Below are positions 17,193 through 26,900 of a stretch of DNA of 44,961 nt, one piece after another. Below the pieces are notes generated by a model. It did not search any database. It was given only the letters and a program-made list of their open reading frames with translations, and had not been told where the DNA came from. This DNA comes from an uncultured Bdellovibrionales bacterium (GTDB lineage: Bacteria > Patescibacteriota > Minisyncoccia > Moranbacterales > UBA9337): NCBI GenBank assembly GCA_964600645.1, contig CAZRJL010000003.1, forward strand, positions 1-44,961. The letters run 5' to 3'. The position numbers and the translations under genes are program-made. Within the stretch, counting starts at the first letter, position 1, and each line of letters begins with the position of its first letter.

Positions 17193-17735
17193 TTATTCTG
17201 GCGCGATTATTATATTAAAACCTCCCGGGAACCTTTTCGCATCTTCTTCAATTTTGTGCGGAGTTTCGATGCTGGCGGAAAAATCTTTCAAATTTCTTCT
17301 GGCCAAATCCTGATGTGCTTTTTCTCTTCCGCGAAGCCTTATTTCAATTCTTACTTTATTTCCCTTAGAAAGAAATTTTTCCGTTTGTTTTTTCTTAAAT
17401 TCCAGATCGTGAGTATCGGTTCTGATTCCAATACGAATTCCCTTTGTCTCGGTTTTTTTCTGGGTTGTTTGAGATTTGCTTTTTTTGGCTTGCGCGTATT
17501 GAAACTTTCCATAATCCATTATTTTGCATACGGGGGGGCGGGTATTGGGCGCCACTTCTACCAAATCCAATTCTCGTGATCGAGCCAGTTCCAGAGCTTC
17601 AAAACTCGGCATTTCTCCAAATTTAACTCCGTTTTCATCGATAACGGAAACGCGAGGAATACGGATGCGTTCGTTTACTCGATAGCGCGGTTGTTGAAAT
17701 TGTTGTGGTTTTCTGGGTTTAAATCTTCTTCGCAT
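17193..17735 (-). CDS. infC: Translation initiation factor IF-3
   Basis: RVNERIRIPRVSVIDENG...LDLVEVAPNTRPPVCKIMDYGKFQY. ATG start. Confidence 0.93.
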   Translation of the reverse strand: MRRRFKPRKPQQFQQPRYRVNERIRIPRVSVIDENGVKFGEMPSFEALELARSRELDLVEVAPNTRPPVCKIMDYGKFQYAQAKKSKSQTTQKKTETKGIRIGIRTDTHDLEFKKKQTEKFLSKGNKVRIEIRLRGREKAHQDLARRNLKDFSASIETPHKIEEDAKRFPGGFNIIIAPE

Positions 17736-17830
17736 TATATGACTTTTTTTAGGAGTTAGTTTTTAGTTTCTTAGTTTATGAAACGAGGGGGCTAAAAAGC
17801 TATAACCAAAATCCTAATTCTTAATTAACG

Positions 17831-18227
17831 TGGAGCTGATGGGAATTGAACCCATGTCCAAATTGAAATTAAAAAATATTCTACAAGTTTAGTTTGTTTG
17901 TTTGGTACGGATTATTGACTGAAAAACAGACAAAACATCAACAATACGTTCTTGGAATATTTTGCCGGAAACAATCAAGAATAATTGCGTTCGGCTATCT
18001 CAATGGTTGGCACCAAGATCTGTTTATTGAGAATCAACAGCTTGATGGCTATCGGCCTATAATTAGGCAATAGCTGAAGCAAAAGCGAAATTTCTTGCGA
18101 AAGTTGCTTTTACTTTTGATATAAAGTTTGCACTTAAATATCTTTCATAAACATTTTTTCGACGTGTATTATGAATGGTCGACTTGCATATTTTTTAAGG
18201 TGCAATCTGTCGAAACTAGGCAGCCCC
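17831..18227 (-). ncRNA. ssrA: tmRNA (SsrA)
   Basis: The minus-strand 5' end ggggctgcctagtttcgac pairs with the 3' end cagctcca, giving a 7-bp acceptor with a G3:U pair and discriminator A. T-arm is atggg-ttcaatt-cccat. Internal candidate tag frame gca aac ttt ... gct att gcc taa gives ANFISKVKATFARNFAFASAIA. It lies directly downstream of smpB. CCA is not encoded. Confidence 0.85.
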
Positions 18228-18364
18228 TTCTTTGGAATTTTTAATTTCTCCGCCAGAGACGGACCAGCACTAGGCTGGCAATTTCTAAACAATTTCCAAT
18301 TTCTTGATTTTGAAATTTAATCATTGAAAATTGTTTGAAAATTTAAAATTTTAATTTAAAAAAC

Positions 18365-18820
18365 TCAGAAATTTTTTGGGTTTTTTAAATTTCTAGCTAT
18401 TCTTCTTGAAGCTTCCTTTTTTGCTATATCCGCTCTTTTATCAAACTTCTTTTTTCCGCGAGCCAAAGCAAACTCTAGTTTGAGTAGTCTTTTCCTAGTA
18501 TAGACTTGAATCGGCACTAATGTCAAGCCTTCGGTGTGGACTTTTCCAATTAATTTTCTTATTTCCGATTTTTTGACTAGCAGTTTTCGCGCTTGGTCGG
18601 GGTTGTAGTTTTTTAGTTGTCCGGCAAAGGGATAGGGAGGAATGAAGGCATTAGTGAGGTATAGCTCTTCTCCTTTGATGGTAACGAAGCTTCCTTTTAG
18701 GCTCAGATGTCCGGTTTTGATAGATTTTACTTCTTGCCCGCTCAAAACCAAACCGGCCTCGTATTTGTCAATAAGAATATAGTCAAAACTCGCTCTTTTG
18801 TTGTATGCTAGTGTTTTCAT
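18365..18820 (-). CDS. smpB: SsrA-binding protein
   Basis: NKRASFDYILIDKYEAGLVLSGQEVKS...KLEFALARGKKKFDKR is canonical SmpB. Confidence 0.93.
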   Translation of the reverse strand: MKTLAYNKRASFDYILIDKYEAGLVLSGQEVKSIKTGHLSLKGSFVTIKGEELYLTNAFIPPYPFAGQLKNYNPDQARKLLVKKSEIRKLIGKVHTEGLTLVPIQVYTRKRLLKLEFALARGKKKFDKRADIAKKEASRRIARNLKNPKNF

Positions 18821-18942
18821 AGATGCATATTATGATGGTTATCCACAGCTTGAATTGTAGCAGATTGTTGCAATATAATTTAATTATTATATAATTAAAA
18901 CGTTAAGTAGTCAATTCTTGTGAGTGTAATATAAAAATAAAA

Positions 18943-19926
18943 ATGTTTATCAAAAAAAATAAAAAAACATTACTGCTGTCTTTTTTTGTGTTTTGCGCAA
19001 CTTTTATGTTAGGCGCTTTTTTGAAGGCGAACGCGGCATTGGTAAGTGGCTATCTTTGGGGCGGAACTGAACAAGTTTCCGATGGGACAATAAATGGGAA
19101 TGAGACCGGAGTCGGGTGGATTGATTTGAGTAATAAGGTGAATATCCCTTCTTTCGATGGAGGCGTTTCTGGCTATGGCTGGAGTGAAAATATTGGTTGG
19201 GTGGATTTTGAGCCACAAAATCACTGCGGAAGTGCATACGCGGCGGCAAGTTGCACAAATCCTGACGGAAATAATATTACCGGAGTTTCTCGCAGTGGAA
19301 ATACTTTGGTCGGTTGGGCGAGAATTGTAAGTATTGCCACAGCCAGTGTTGCGGGTAATTCGGGAGGATGGAGTGGATGGATCAAGATGAATAATGTTTC
19401 GATTGATGCGGCAACCGGACAAATGTCGGGTTATGCATGGTCGGACGAAATGGGTTGGATTTCTTTTGCGAATGCACAAATTGGAGTTAGTAAAGTCCTT
19501 AATATTATTGTTTCAGCCAATCCGAGCGCTTGTATGTCATGTTCTTCTTTGGATTTTAATCTCGAGGCTGTCAGGGAAAACACATCTACAACTCTTGGTA
19601 ATATCACCTATGAGTTTGATTGCAACGGCGATGGAGCTTTTGAAGGAACATACAATACTGCCAATAGCAGTCAGTTGCATGGTTGTACCACGATGTCTTC
19701 TGTAACGGCGCAAGTTAGGGTGACGCAAGATGGTATAACTCAAACTGGATCAGCAACGGTTTTCATTGCTGCGCCGAGTTGCGGGGATGGAGTTATTAAT
19801 GTTGGAGAGGATTGTGATGATGGGGCGGCGAATAATGGCGTATGCCCGGATTCTTGCAGCGCAAGCTGTGCAAACAACGCTTGTTCGGATGACGCTAATT
19901 ATAATTGGATAGAAGTGGCTCCGTGA
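18943..19926 (+). CDS. Secreted protein with four G-[YW]-x-W-...-GW-[IV]-x-[FLM] repeats and a C-terminal Cys-rich CGDG...CDDG module
   Basis: Signal peptide (LLLSFFVFCATFMLGAFLKANA). Repeats: GYLWGG..VGWIDLS, GYGWSENIGWVDFE, GWARIV..WSGWIKMN, GYAWSDEMGWISFA. C-terminus: CGDGVINVGEDCDDGAANNGVCPDSCSASCANNAC. Confidence 0.6.
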   Translation: MFIKKNKKTLLLSFFVFCATFMLGAFLKANAALVSGYLWGGTEQVSDGTINGNETGVGWIDLSNKVNIPSFDGGVSGYGWSENIGWVDFEPQNHCGSAYAAASCTNPDGNNITGVSRSGNTLVGWARIVSIATASVAGNSGGWSGWIKMNNVSIDAATGQMSGYAWSDEMGWISFANAQIGVSKVLNIIVSANPSACMSCSSLDFNLEAVRENTSTTLGNITYEFDCNGDGAFEGTYNTANSSQLHGCTTMSSVTAQVRVTQDGITQTGSATVFIAAPSCGDGVINVGEDCDDGAANNGVCPDSCSASCANNACSDDANYNWIEVAP

Positions 19927-19962
19927 AAATAATAAATGTAATAATTTAATTTTAAATAATCG

Positions 19963-20307
19963 GTGAAAAAAGAAATTTCAAAAACAAGTAAAATAGTGTT
20001 TATTATGGGGGTTGTTGTGGCCTTATTGATGTTTCTGATTTTATTTTTTTCGTTAGCTATAAAAAATAGAAGTCAGCAAAAAGAGAATAGTATCCAGCTT
20101 CCTGTCCAAAATGATCAAGGAAAATTGAATGAAGAAGAAAAAATTGAAGAAGCAATTAATTTCATAGAGCAATCGGGAGGAGATTTAACCGAGCAAGAGA
20201 ATGCGATAGTAGAAGAAGCGACGGATTCTATTGAGCAGTCGGATTCAGATAGAGAATTGACCGAGCAAGAAAAGGCGTTGTTGGAAGAGGCTATGCAAAT
20301 AAATTGA
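19963..20307 (+). CDS. TM-anchored acidic protein with an internal IEQS..LTEQE.A..EEA duplication
   Basis: GTG start taken from the ORF track. One TM helix and two about 20-aa repeats. The start is uncertain. Confidence 0.4.
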   Translation: MKKEISKTSKIVFIMGVVVALLMFLILFFSLAIKNRSQQKENSIQLPVQNDQGKLNEEEKIEEAINFIEQSGGDLTEQENAIVEEATDSIEQSDSDRELTEQEKALLEEAMQIN

Positions 20308-20343
20308 TTTAAAAATATTTTTTAAAATAAAATTAATAAAAAA

Positions 20344-21039
20344 ATGGAAAACACAAAAATGTTCACCAAAAATGGTAAAAAAATAATTCATAATGTCCGG
20401 TGGTTTCTTTTTTCTTTAACTCTCGGACTCTTTTTAGGCGGAGGGTTAATTGCAGTGAATGCTTGGACAGATCCGATTGTTGCTCCTCCGGGAGGAAATA
20501 TTGCTGCTCCGATTAACATAAGCAGTATAACTCAAACCAAAAGCGGAAGGTTGAATATGGTGGGTTCGGTGCTTTCGAGTCCCTCTACCGCGTTACTCGT
20601 TCCTATTGGCAATGTGGGAATCGGAGATAATACTCCGGATGTTGGTGATGGCGGTCAATTAAGATTGGATGTTGCCGGAAATATCGGAGCAACAAGATAT
20701 TGCGATCAGAATGGGAATAATTGCACAACATCAACTAATTTAGGGGGAGGTGTCATAAAGGCATGGGTAAATTTTGATGGTGACACAGCGCCATATACAA
20801 CAATTCGCGATTCTTTTAATGTGTCCAACATAGCATATCAAGGCGGGGCGGTTTATAGAGTTAATTGGCAAAATGACTTTGCAAATACGAGATACGCAAT
20901 TTTCATAACAACAAGCAGTGGACCAGTTAGAATTTTAAGCATCCAGCCGGGATATGCGACTTTTCAGGTTTTTAGCATAAGCTCAACTCCTGGAACGCAA
21001 ATGGCCGATATTATTTCGGTTGCCGCAATGGATAATTAA
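20344..21039 (+). CDS. TM-anchored extracellular protein (AWTDPIVAPPGGNIAAPIN N-terminal motif)
   Basis: 231-aa ORF with a TM helix followed by a Pro-rich motif. Followed by a strong terminator. Confidence 0.5.
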   Translation: MENTKMFTKNGKKIIHNVRWFLFSLTLGLFLGGGLIAVNAWTDPIVAPPGGNIAAPINISSITQTKSGRLNMVGSVLSSPSTALLVPIGNVGIGDNTPDVGDGGQLRLDVAGNIGATRYCDQNGNNCTTSTNLGGGVIKAWVNFDGDTAPYTTIRDSFNVSNIAYQGGAVYRVNWQNDFANTRYAIFITTSSGPVRILSIQPGYATFQVFSISSTPGTQMADIISVAAMDN

Positions 21040-21068
21040 TTAAAAATTTGAGAATTTGTTTTTTGTAT

Positions 21069-21104
21069 GCAGATCGCAAAAAGCGGTCTGCTTTATTTTT
21101 TTTT
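21069..21104 (+). terminator. Rho-independent terminator
   Basis: Stem gcagatcgc / gcggtctgc (one G-U pair) with loop aaaaa, then tttatttttttttt. Confidence 0.75.
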
Positions 21105-21126
21105 ATTTCTGCGGTAGGATGAATGT

Positions 21127-22770
21127 ATGAAGAAAGAAATTGAAAAAAATATTCAAAAAGCGCTGTTTGAATTGTTTGATTTGGAACAGGCAGATTTTGC
21201 GGTGGATTGTCCAAGAGAGGAGAATTTCGGGGATTATTCGACGAATGTGGCGATGATGCTGGCTTCAAAATTGAAAAAAAATCCAATGGAAATAGCTGAA
21301 GAAATCAAAATGCAAATATCAAATCTCAAAACAACAAATCAAAATTTAAAATTTTTGGAAAAAGTTGAAGTAGTCAAACCCGGATATTTGAATTTTTATT
21401 TATCGCCGGAATATTTTCAAGATAAAGTTAAAGAGATAAATAACCAAAAGGAAAACTTCGGAGATAGTAATATTGGGAAAAATAAAATTTTTTTGGTTGA
21501 ATTTGTGAGCGCTAATCCAACTGGGCCGATTCATTTGGGAAATGCCAGAGGCGGGCCTTTGGGTGATGCGCTTGCGAACGTTTTGAAAAAAAGCGGTCAT
21601 CAAGTCAAAAAGGAATATTACGTAAATGATTTCGGCAATCAGGTTTTGATGCTCGGACATTCCATTCTTAAAGACAAAGAGGCTCAGTATAAGGGAGATT
21701 ATGTGGATGAGTTGGCGACGCAAAAAGATGAAAAAATGATTGATCCGATGGAGGTTGGCAATTGGGGGGCGAATGTAATTTTGGAAAAATTTATCAAACC
21801 GACTTGCGAGAAATTGGGAGTGAATTTTGATGTTTGGTTTTCAGAAAAAAGCTTGCATACAAGCGGCAAAGTCGATGAAATCATTCAAAAACTAAAAGAT
21901 GATGATTTGATATATAAGAAGGATGGCGCTATTTGGTTCAAATCTGCTCAATTCGGAGATGACAAGGATCGGGTTTTGGTAAAATCCAACGGATTTAAGA
22001 CCTATTCGGCAACTGATTTTGCGTATCATAAAAATAAATTTGAAAGAGGGTTTGACAAACTGATAAACATCCAGGGAGCTGATCACCATAAACAAGCGGA
22101 AGTAGTGCGATCTTTCGCGGATAATTTTTTGGGTGAAAAAGGAAAAATGGATTTGATTATGACGCAAATAGTCAGAGTAATAAAAGACGGAGTCGAGGTG
22201 AAAATGTCAAAAAGAAAAGGGATATATTTCGCACTGGATGATCTACTGGAAGAAGTTGGAAAAGACGCGGTGAGATTTATTTTCACTTCTTATGCTCCGA
22301 CGAGCCACATAAATTTCGATTTGAATCTGGCACTGGAGCGTAGTGAAAAGAATCCGGTTTTCTATGTGCAATACGCGCACGCGCGAATTTGTTCAATTTT
22401 GGAAAAAGCATCCGCCTTGTCGGAACTTCGGCGAGACGAGGAAGATTTACAAGAAAGTGGGCGTAGTAAGAATAAAAAAGAAGTAAATTTATCACTGCTT
22501 ACTCATAAAAAGGAAATCAGTTTGATGCGGGAATTGGATAAGTTTCCGCAGCTGATCGAGGATATTTCGCAAACCTACGAAGTGCATAAATTACCACATT
22601 ACGCGATCGGATTGGCAGACAAATTCCATTCGTTTTATGCGGTATGTAAAGTGAATGACAAAGATAATCTTGAGCTTTCGGCATCTAGACAAGAGCTAGT
22701 AAAAGCTGTTAGAATAACATTAGCAGAGACTTTGCGATTGGTTGGAGTGAGCGCTCCGGAACGAATGTGA
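21127..22770 (+). CDS. argS: Arginine--tRNA ligase
   Basis: SANPTGPIHLGNARG (HIGH-class motif), DALR-type C-terminal domain, ends ...APERM then TGA. Confidence 0.92.
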   Translation: MKKEIEKNIQKALFELFDLEQADFAVDCPREENFGDYSTNVAMMLASKLKKNPMEIAEEIKMQISNLKTTNQNLKFLEKVEVVKPGYLNFYLSPEYFQDKVKEINNQKENFGDSNIGKNKIFLVEFVSANPTGPIHLGNARGGPLGDALANVLKKSGHQVKKEYYVNDFGNQVLMLGHSILKDKEAQYKGDYVDELATQKDEKMIDPMEVGNWGANVILEKFIKPTCEKLGVNFDVWFSEKSLHTSGKVDEIIQKLKDDDLIYKKDGAIWFKSAQFGDDKDRVLVKSNGFKTYSATDFAYHKNKFERGFDKLINIQGADHHKQAEVVRSFADNFLGEKGKMDLIMTQIVRVIKDGVEVKMSKRKGIYFALDDLLEEVGKDAVRFIFTSYAPTSHINFDLNLALERSEKNPVFYVQYAHARICSILEKASALSELRRDEEDLQESGRSKNKKEVNLSLLTHKKEISLMRELDKFPQLIEDISQTYEVHKLPHYAIGLADKFHSFYAVCKVNDKDNLELSASRQELVKAVRITLAETLRLVGVSAPERM

Positions 22771-22815
22771 GAATATGACAAAGAGGACAAATAAGACTTA
22801 TAGGACACAAAATAT

Positions 22816-23991
22816 ATGAGAATTGGAATTGATGCCAGAACAATATTGAATCCGGAAAAGGGCGACGCTATCGGCGTCGGACATTATACTTTTCAATTGA
22901 TTCGCCATCTTTTGGAAATTGATCATGAAAACGAATATGTTTTGTTTTTCGATTTTCGCGTGCGAGAAAAAGACGTGAAAAAATTTACCATGCCGAATGT
23001 GAAAATAAAATTTTATCCTTTTTCCGATTATAAAAAATATTTACCGGGCGCGTACAGTGAGATTTTAGGAACAGCTACCCTACAAAGAGAAAAATTGGAT
23101 GTATTGCATTCCACTTCTCCTTCCAGTAGAATTCCTTTAGGGTACAAGGGAAAAACCGTTGTGACATTTAATGATCTTGGCGTATATAAAATCCCTAGCT
23201 CTTTTTCAGCAGTTGCCCGCAGTCGAAACAAGGCGCTGGATCGATTAATGGAAAGTAAGGCAGGCAAGATTATCGCGGTTTCAGAGTCGATGAAAAAAGA
23301 TTTGCAGTCCGTATTCAAAACCAAAGAAGAAAAAATAAAAGTTATTTACAGCGGACTGGACAAGCGATTTTTTGAGATTCCCGATATGGGAGCGAAAAAG
23401 GTTTTGGATCGCTATGGAATCAGAAAAAAATACATATTGTTTTTGGGAACTCTGGAACCGAGCAAAAATATTACGCGTCTTTTGCAGGCGTTTGCTAAAT
23501 TCAAAGAAAAGAGCTTGCTGAAAAACAAGCAGACTGATGGAAAAAAATTCAAATATCAATTGGTGCTAGCGGGAAAGAGGGGTTGGCTTTCCAGAGAATA
23601 TTTGCAAATCGCCAAGGATTTGGGGATTTCAAAGGATGTTGTATATACGGGCTATGTTATTGGAGATGAGTTGGTGCCTTTGTTTTCCGGCGCGGAATTT
23701 TTTGTGATGCCTTCGCTTTATGAAGGTTTTGGAATGACAGTCTTGGAAGCTTTTGCCACCAAAACTCCGGCGATTATTTCCAATGTTTCCTCGCTTCCGG
23801 AAATTTCCGGCGATGCGGCGCTTTTGGTGAATCCTCTGGATGTTAATGAAATTTCCGAGGCTATTTGGGAATTTTCACAAAATGAGCAATTGCGGGAAAA
23901 ATATCGCCAAAGAGGATTGGAGCAAGTAAAAAAATTCGATTGGGAAAAATGTGCGCGCGAGACATTGGAAGTATATAAATCATTGATGTAG
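22816..23991 (+). CDS. Glycosyltransferase family 4 (GT-B fold)
   Basis: FVMPSLYEGFGMTVLEAFATKTPAI (E-x7-E motif), 391 aa. Confidence 0.8.
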   Translation: MRIGIDARTILNPEKGDAIGVGHYTFQLIRHLLEIDHENEYVLFFDFRVREKDVKKFTMPNVKIKFYPFSDYKKYLPGAYSEILGTATLQREKLDVLHSTSPSSRIPLGYKGKTVVTFNDLGVYKIPSSFSAVARSRNKALDRLMESKAGKIIAVSESMKKDLQSVFKTKEEKIKVIYSGLDKRFFEIPDMGAKKVLDRYGIRKKYILFLGTLEPSKNITRLLQAFAKFKEKSLLKNKQTDGKKFKYQLVLAGKRGWLSREYLQIAKDLGISKDVVYTGYVIGDELVPLFSGAEFFVMPSLYEGFGMTVLEAFATKTPAIISNVSSLPEISGDAALLVNPLDVNEISEAIWEFSQNEQLREKYRQRGLEQVKKFDWEKCARETLEVYKSLM

Positions 23992-23999
23992 ATTTGTTT

Positions 24000-26900
24000 A
24001 TGTTTAAGAAAGTTGATGCTCGAAAAAAGCTTCCTGAATTAGAGAGGGAAGTTCTTGATTTTTGGAGGGAAAACAAAATATTTGAAAAATCTTTGGATAA
24101 AAACAGAGAAAAGGCTGTCTATACTTTTTATGACGGGCCGCCTTTTGCTACAGGAACACCGCATTATGGACATTTAGTGGGGAGTACGATGAAAGATGTG
24201 GTGCCAAGATATTGGACGATGCGCGGATATTTCGTCGAGCGCAAGTGGGGATGGGATTGCCACGGACTTCCGATTGAAAATATTGTGGAAAAAGAATTGG
24301 GATCGAAAAAGAAAAAAGACATTGAGGAAATGGGTGTGGCAAAATTCAATGAGTTGTGTCGGAGCAAGGTTTTGGGATATGTGGATGAGTGGAAAAAAGT
24401 AATCACAAGACTGGGACGCTGGGCGGATATGGAAAATGCCTACAAGACGATGGACTTGCCATATATGGAATCGGTTTGGAATGTTTTCAAGCAATTATAT
24501 GACAAAGGTTTGATTTACGAAGGCTATCGCTCAATGCACATTTGCACACGTTGCGAAACCACTCTTTCCCAACAGGAAGTTTCGGAAGGATACAAGGATA
24601 TTAAGGATTTGTCGGCGATTGCTAAATTTGAGTTGGTAGATCTCTCACCTCTAACCCCTTTCCCAGGGGGCGAGGGGGATAAAGTTTATGTATTAGCGTG
24701 GACAACAACGCCGTGGACTTTGATTGGGAATGTGGCGCTGGCGGTTGGTGAAGATATCGATTATGTTTCGGTAAAAATCAAAAATCAAAAATCAAAAGTC
24801 AAAATGACAGGGCAAAGTGTAAAATTAAAAGAGGGAGAAAATTATATTTTAGCCAAAGATGGATTAAATGAAATTTTAAAAGATGAAGAATATGAAGTCT
24901 TGAAAGAATTTAAGGGCAGTGAATTGGTTGGTGAGGAATATAAACCGCTCTTTGATTATTATCAAGGCAAGGGATTGGACAATGAAGAGAATGGGTGGAA
25001 GATTTATGCCGGCGATTTTGTTTCGACTGATGAGGGAACGGGAGTGGTGCATATTGCGCCGGCGTTCGGAGAAGATGATTTGAAGTTGGGACAAAAAGAA
25101 AAATTGCCTTTTGTGCAACACGTCGGATTGGACGGAGTTATCAAAAAAGAAGCAGGGGAATTTGCAGGACTCAGTGTAAAACCTGCACCCTCCTTCGCCA
25201 AGGCTTCGGCGGGTAAGGAAAAAGACATTCATCAAAAAACCGATATTGAAATTATTAAATATTTGGCGCATAATAATCTTTTGTTTTCCAAAGAAAAATA
25301 CGAACACAGCTACCCGCATTGTTGGAGATGCGACACGCCACTGATAAATTATGCAACGAGTTCCTGGTTTGTGGCGGTGGAAAAAGTGAAAGACGAGGCA
25401 TTGGAATTGGCAAAGGAAATCAATTGGTCGCCCGAGCATATCAAAGAAGGACGCTTTGGAAAATGGCTTGAGGGAGCGCGCGATTGGTCAATTTCCCGCC
25501 AAAGATTTTGGGCGAGCGTGATGCCGATTTGGAAATGTGAGTGCGGGGATATTCGAGTATTCGGGTCTGTCGGGGATCTTGAAGAAGCGAGTGGAGAAAA
25601 AATCACGGATATTCACAAGCATATTGTTGATGGGATTACTTTCAAATGCGACAAATGTGGCGGGATGATGAAGCGGGTGCCGGATGTGCTCGATACTTGG
25701 TTTGACAGTGGTTCGATGCCATACGCTCAGCTACATTATCCGTTTGAGAATAAAGATAAATTTGAAAAAAGTTTTCCGGCGGATTTTATTGCCGAGGGTC
25801 AGGATCAAACCCGCGCTTGGTTTTATTATCTTCATATTTTGGGAACTGCGCTTAAAAGCAATCCGGCTTTCAAAAACGTGATTGTCAACGGAACTGTTTT
25901 GGCAGAGGATGGAAAAAAGATGGCAAAGAGATTGCAAAATTATCCGGATCCGATGGAAATGTTTGAAAAATACGGTTCGGACGCGGTGCGATTTTATTTG
26001 ATGAGCTCTCCAGTGGTAGCGGCGGAAAATTTGAATTTCAAGGAAAGTGATGTTTCCGATGTGGTGCGCGGAATGATGCGAATGCTTTGGAATACCTATT
26101 CATTTTTTGTGCTGTACGCAAATATTGACGGCTGGAAAGCGGAAAGCGGAAAGCGAAAAGCGAAAAATACGAGCAATTTGTTGGATCGTTGGATTGTTTC
26201 TGAACTGCATATGCTTATTCGAGATTTCAATTTGCATATGGAAAATTATGAGCTTCACAAAGCATCCAGATCGCTTCCGAAATTTGTAGATAATCTTTCC
26301 AATTGGTATGTGCGTCGCAGTCGCAAAAGATTTTGGAAATCGGAAAATGATGATGATAAGAATTTGGCGTACGCGACTTTGCATTATGTTTTGATCGAGC
26401 TTTCCAAAGTGATGGCGCCATTTACGCCGTTTGTTTCTGAAGAAATTTATAAAAATCTTACCAATAAAGAGTCAGTTCATCTTTGTGATTTTCCGGTGGC
26501 GGATGAAGGGTTGATTGATGAAAAATTGAACGAACAAATGCAAAAGACGCGGGATATTATTACCGAGGCGTTGCAACTGCGCGCCAAAGCTGGGATTAAG
26601 GTGAGGCAACCATTGGCGGAATTAAGAATTGCAAATCAAGAATTGAGCGATGAATTTTTGGATATTATAAAAGAAGAAGTAAATGTGAAAAGGGTCAAAT
26701 GGGAGAAAATGGGAGAAAAAGGAGAGGATATCTGGCTGGATACGGAAATTACTCAGGAGTTGAGGTTGGAAGGGCAGGCGCGGGAGATTGTGCGGTTTAT
26801 CCAGGAAATGCGCAAAGAGGCTGGTTATGAGGTTGACAATCGCATCCAAGTGTGCTATGATGGACAGTCGGATGTTTTTGAAAAATTTGGTTCTTTGATA

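Noticed and set aside
21040-21126. T-box or other leader upstream of argS (and of ileS)
   Set aside because: The only structure is a simple stem plus T-run that terminates the preceding gene. No specifier or antiterminator architecture is present, and ileS starts 8 nt after the glycosyltransferase stop.
22768-22770. Alternative genetic code (UGA read as an amino acid, as in some CPR lineages)
   Set aside because: argS ends at TGA exactly at the canonical …ERM C-terminus. Conserved genes are intact with standard stops, so there is no evidence of in-frame TGA read-through.
24641-24680. G+C-rich segment in ileS (encodes LSPLTPFPGGEGD) as an inserted hairpin element
   Set aside because: The C-runs and G-runs do not form a sterically possible stem (loop of 1 nt, mismatched arms). 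The region is a naturally variable part of IleRS. There is no second copy in the window.
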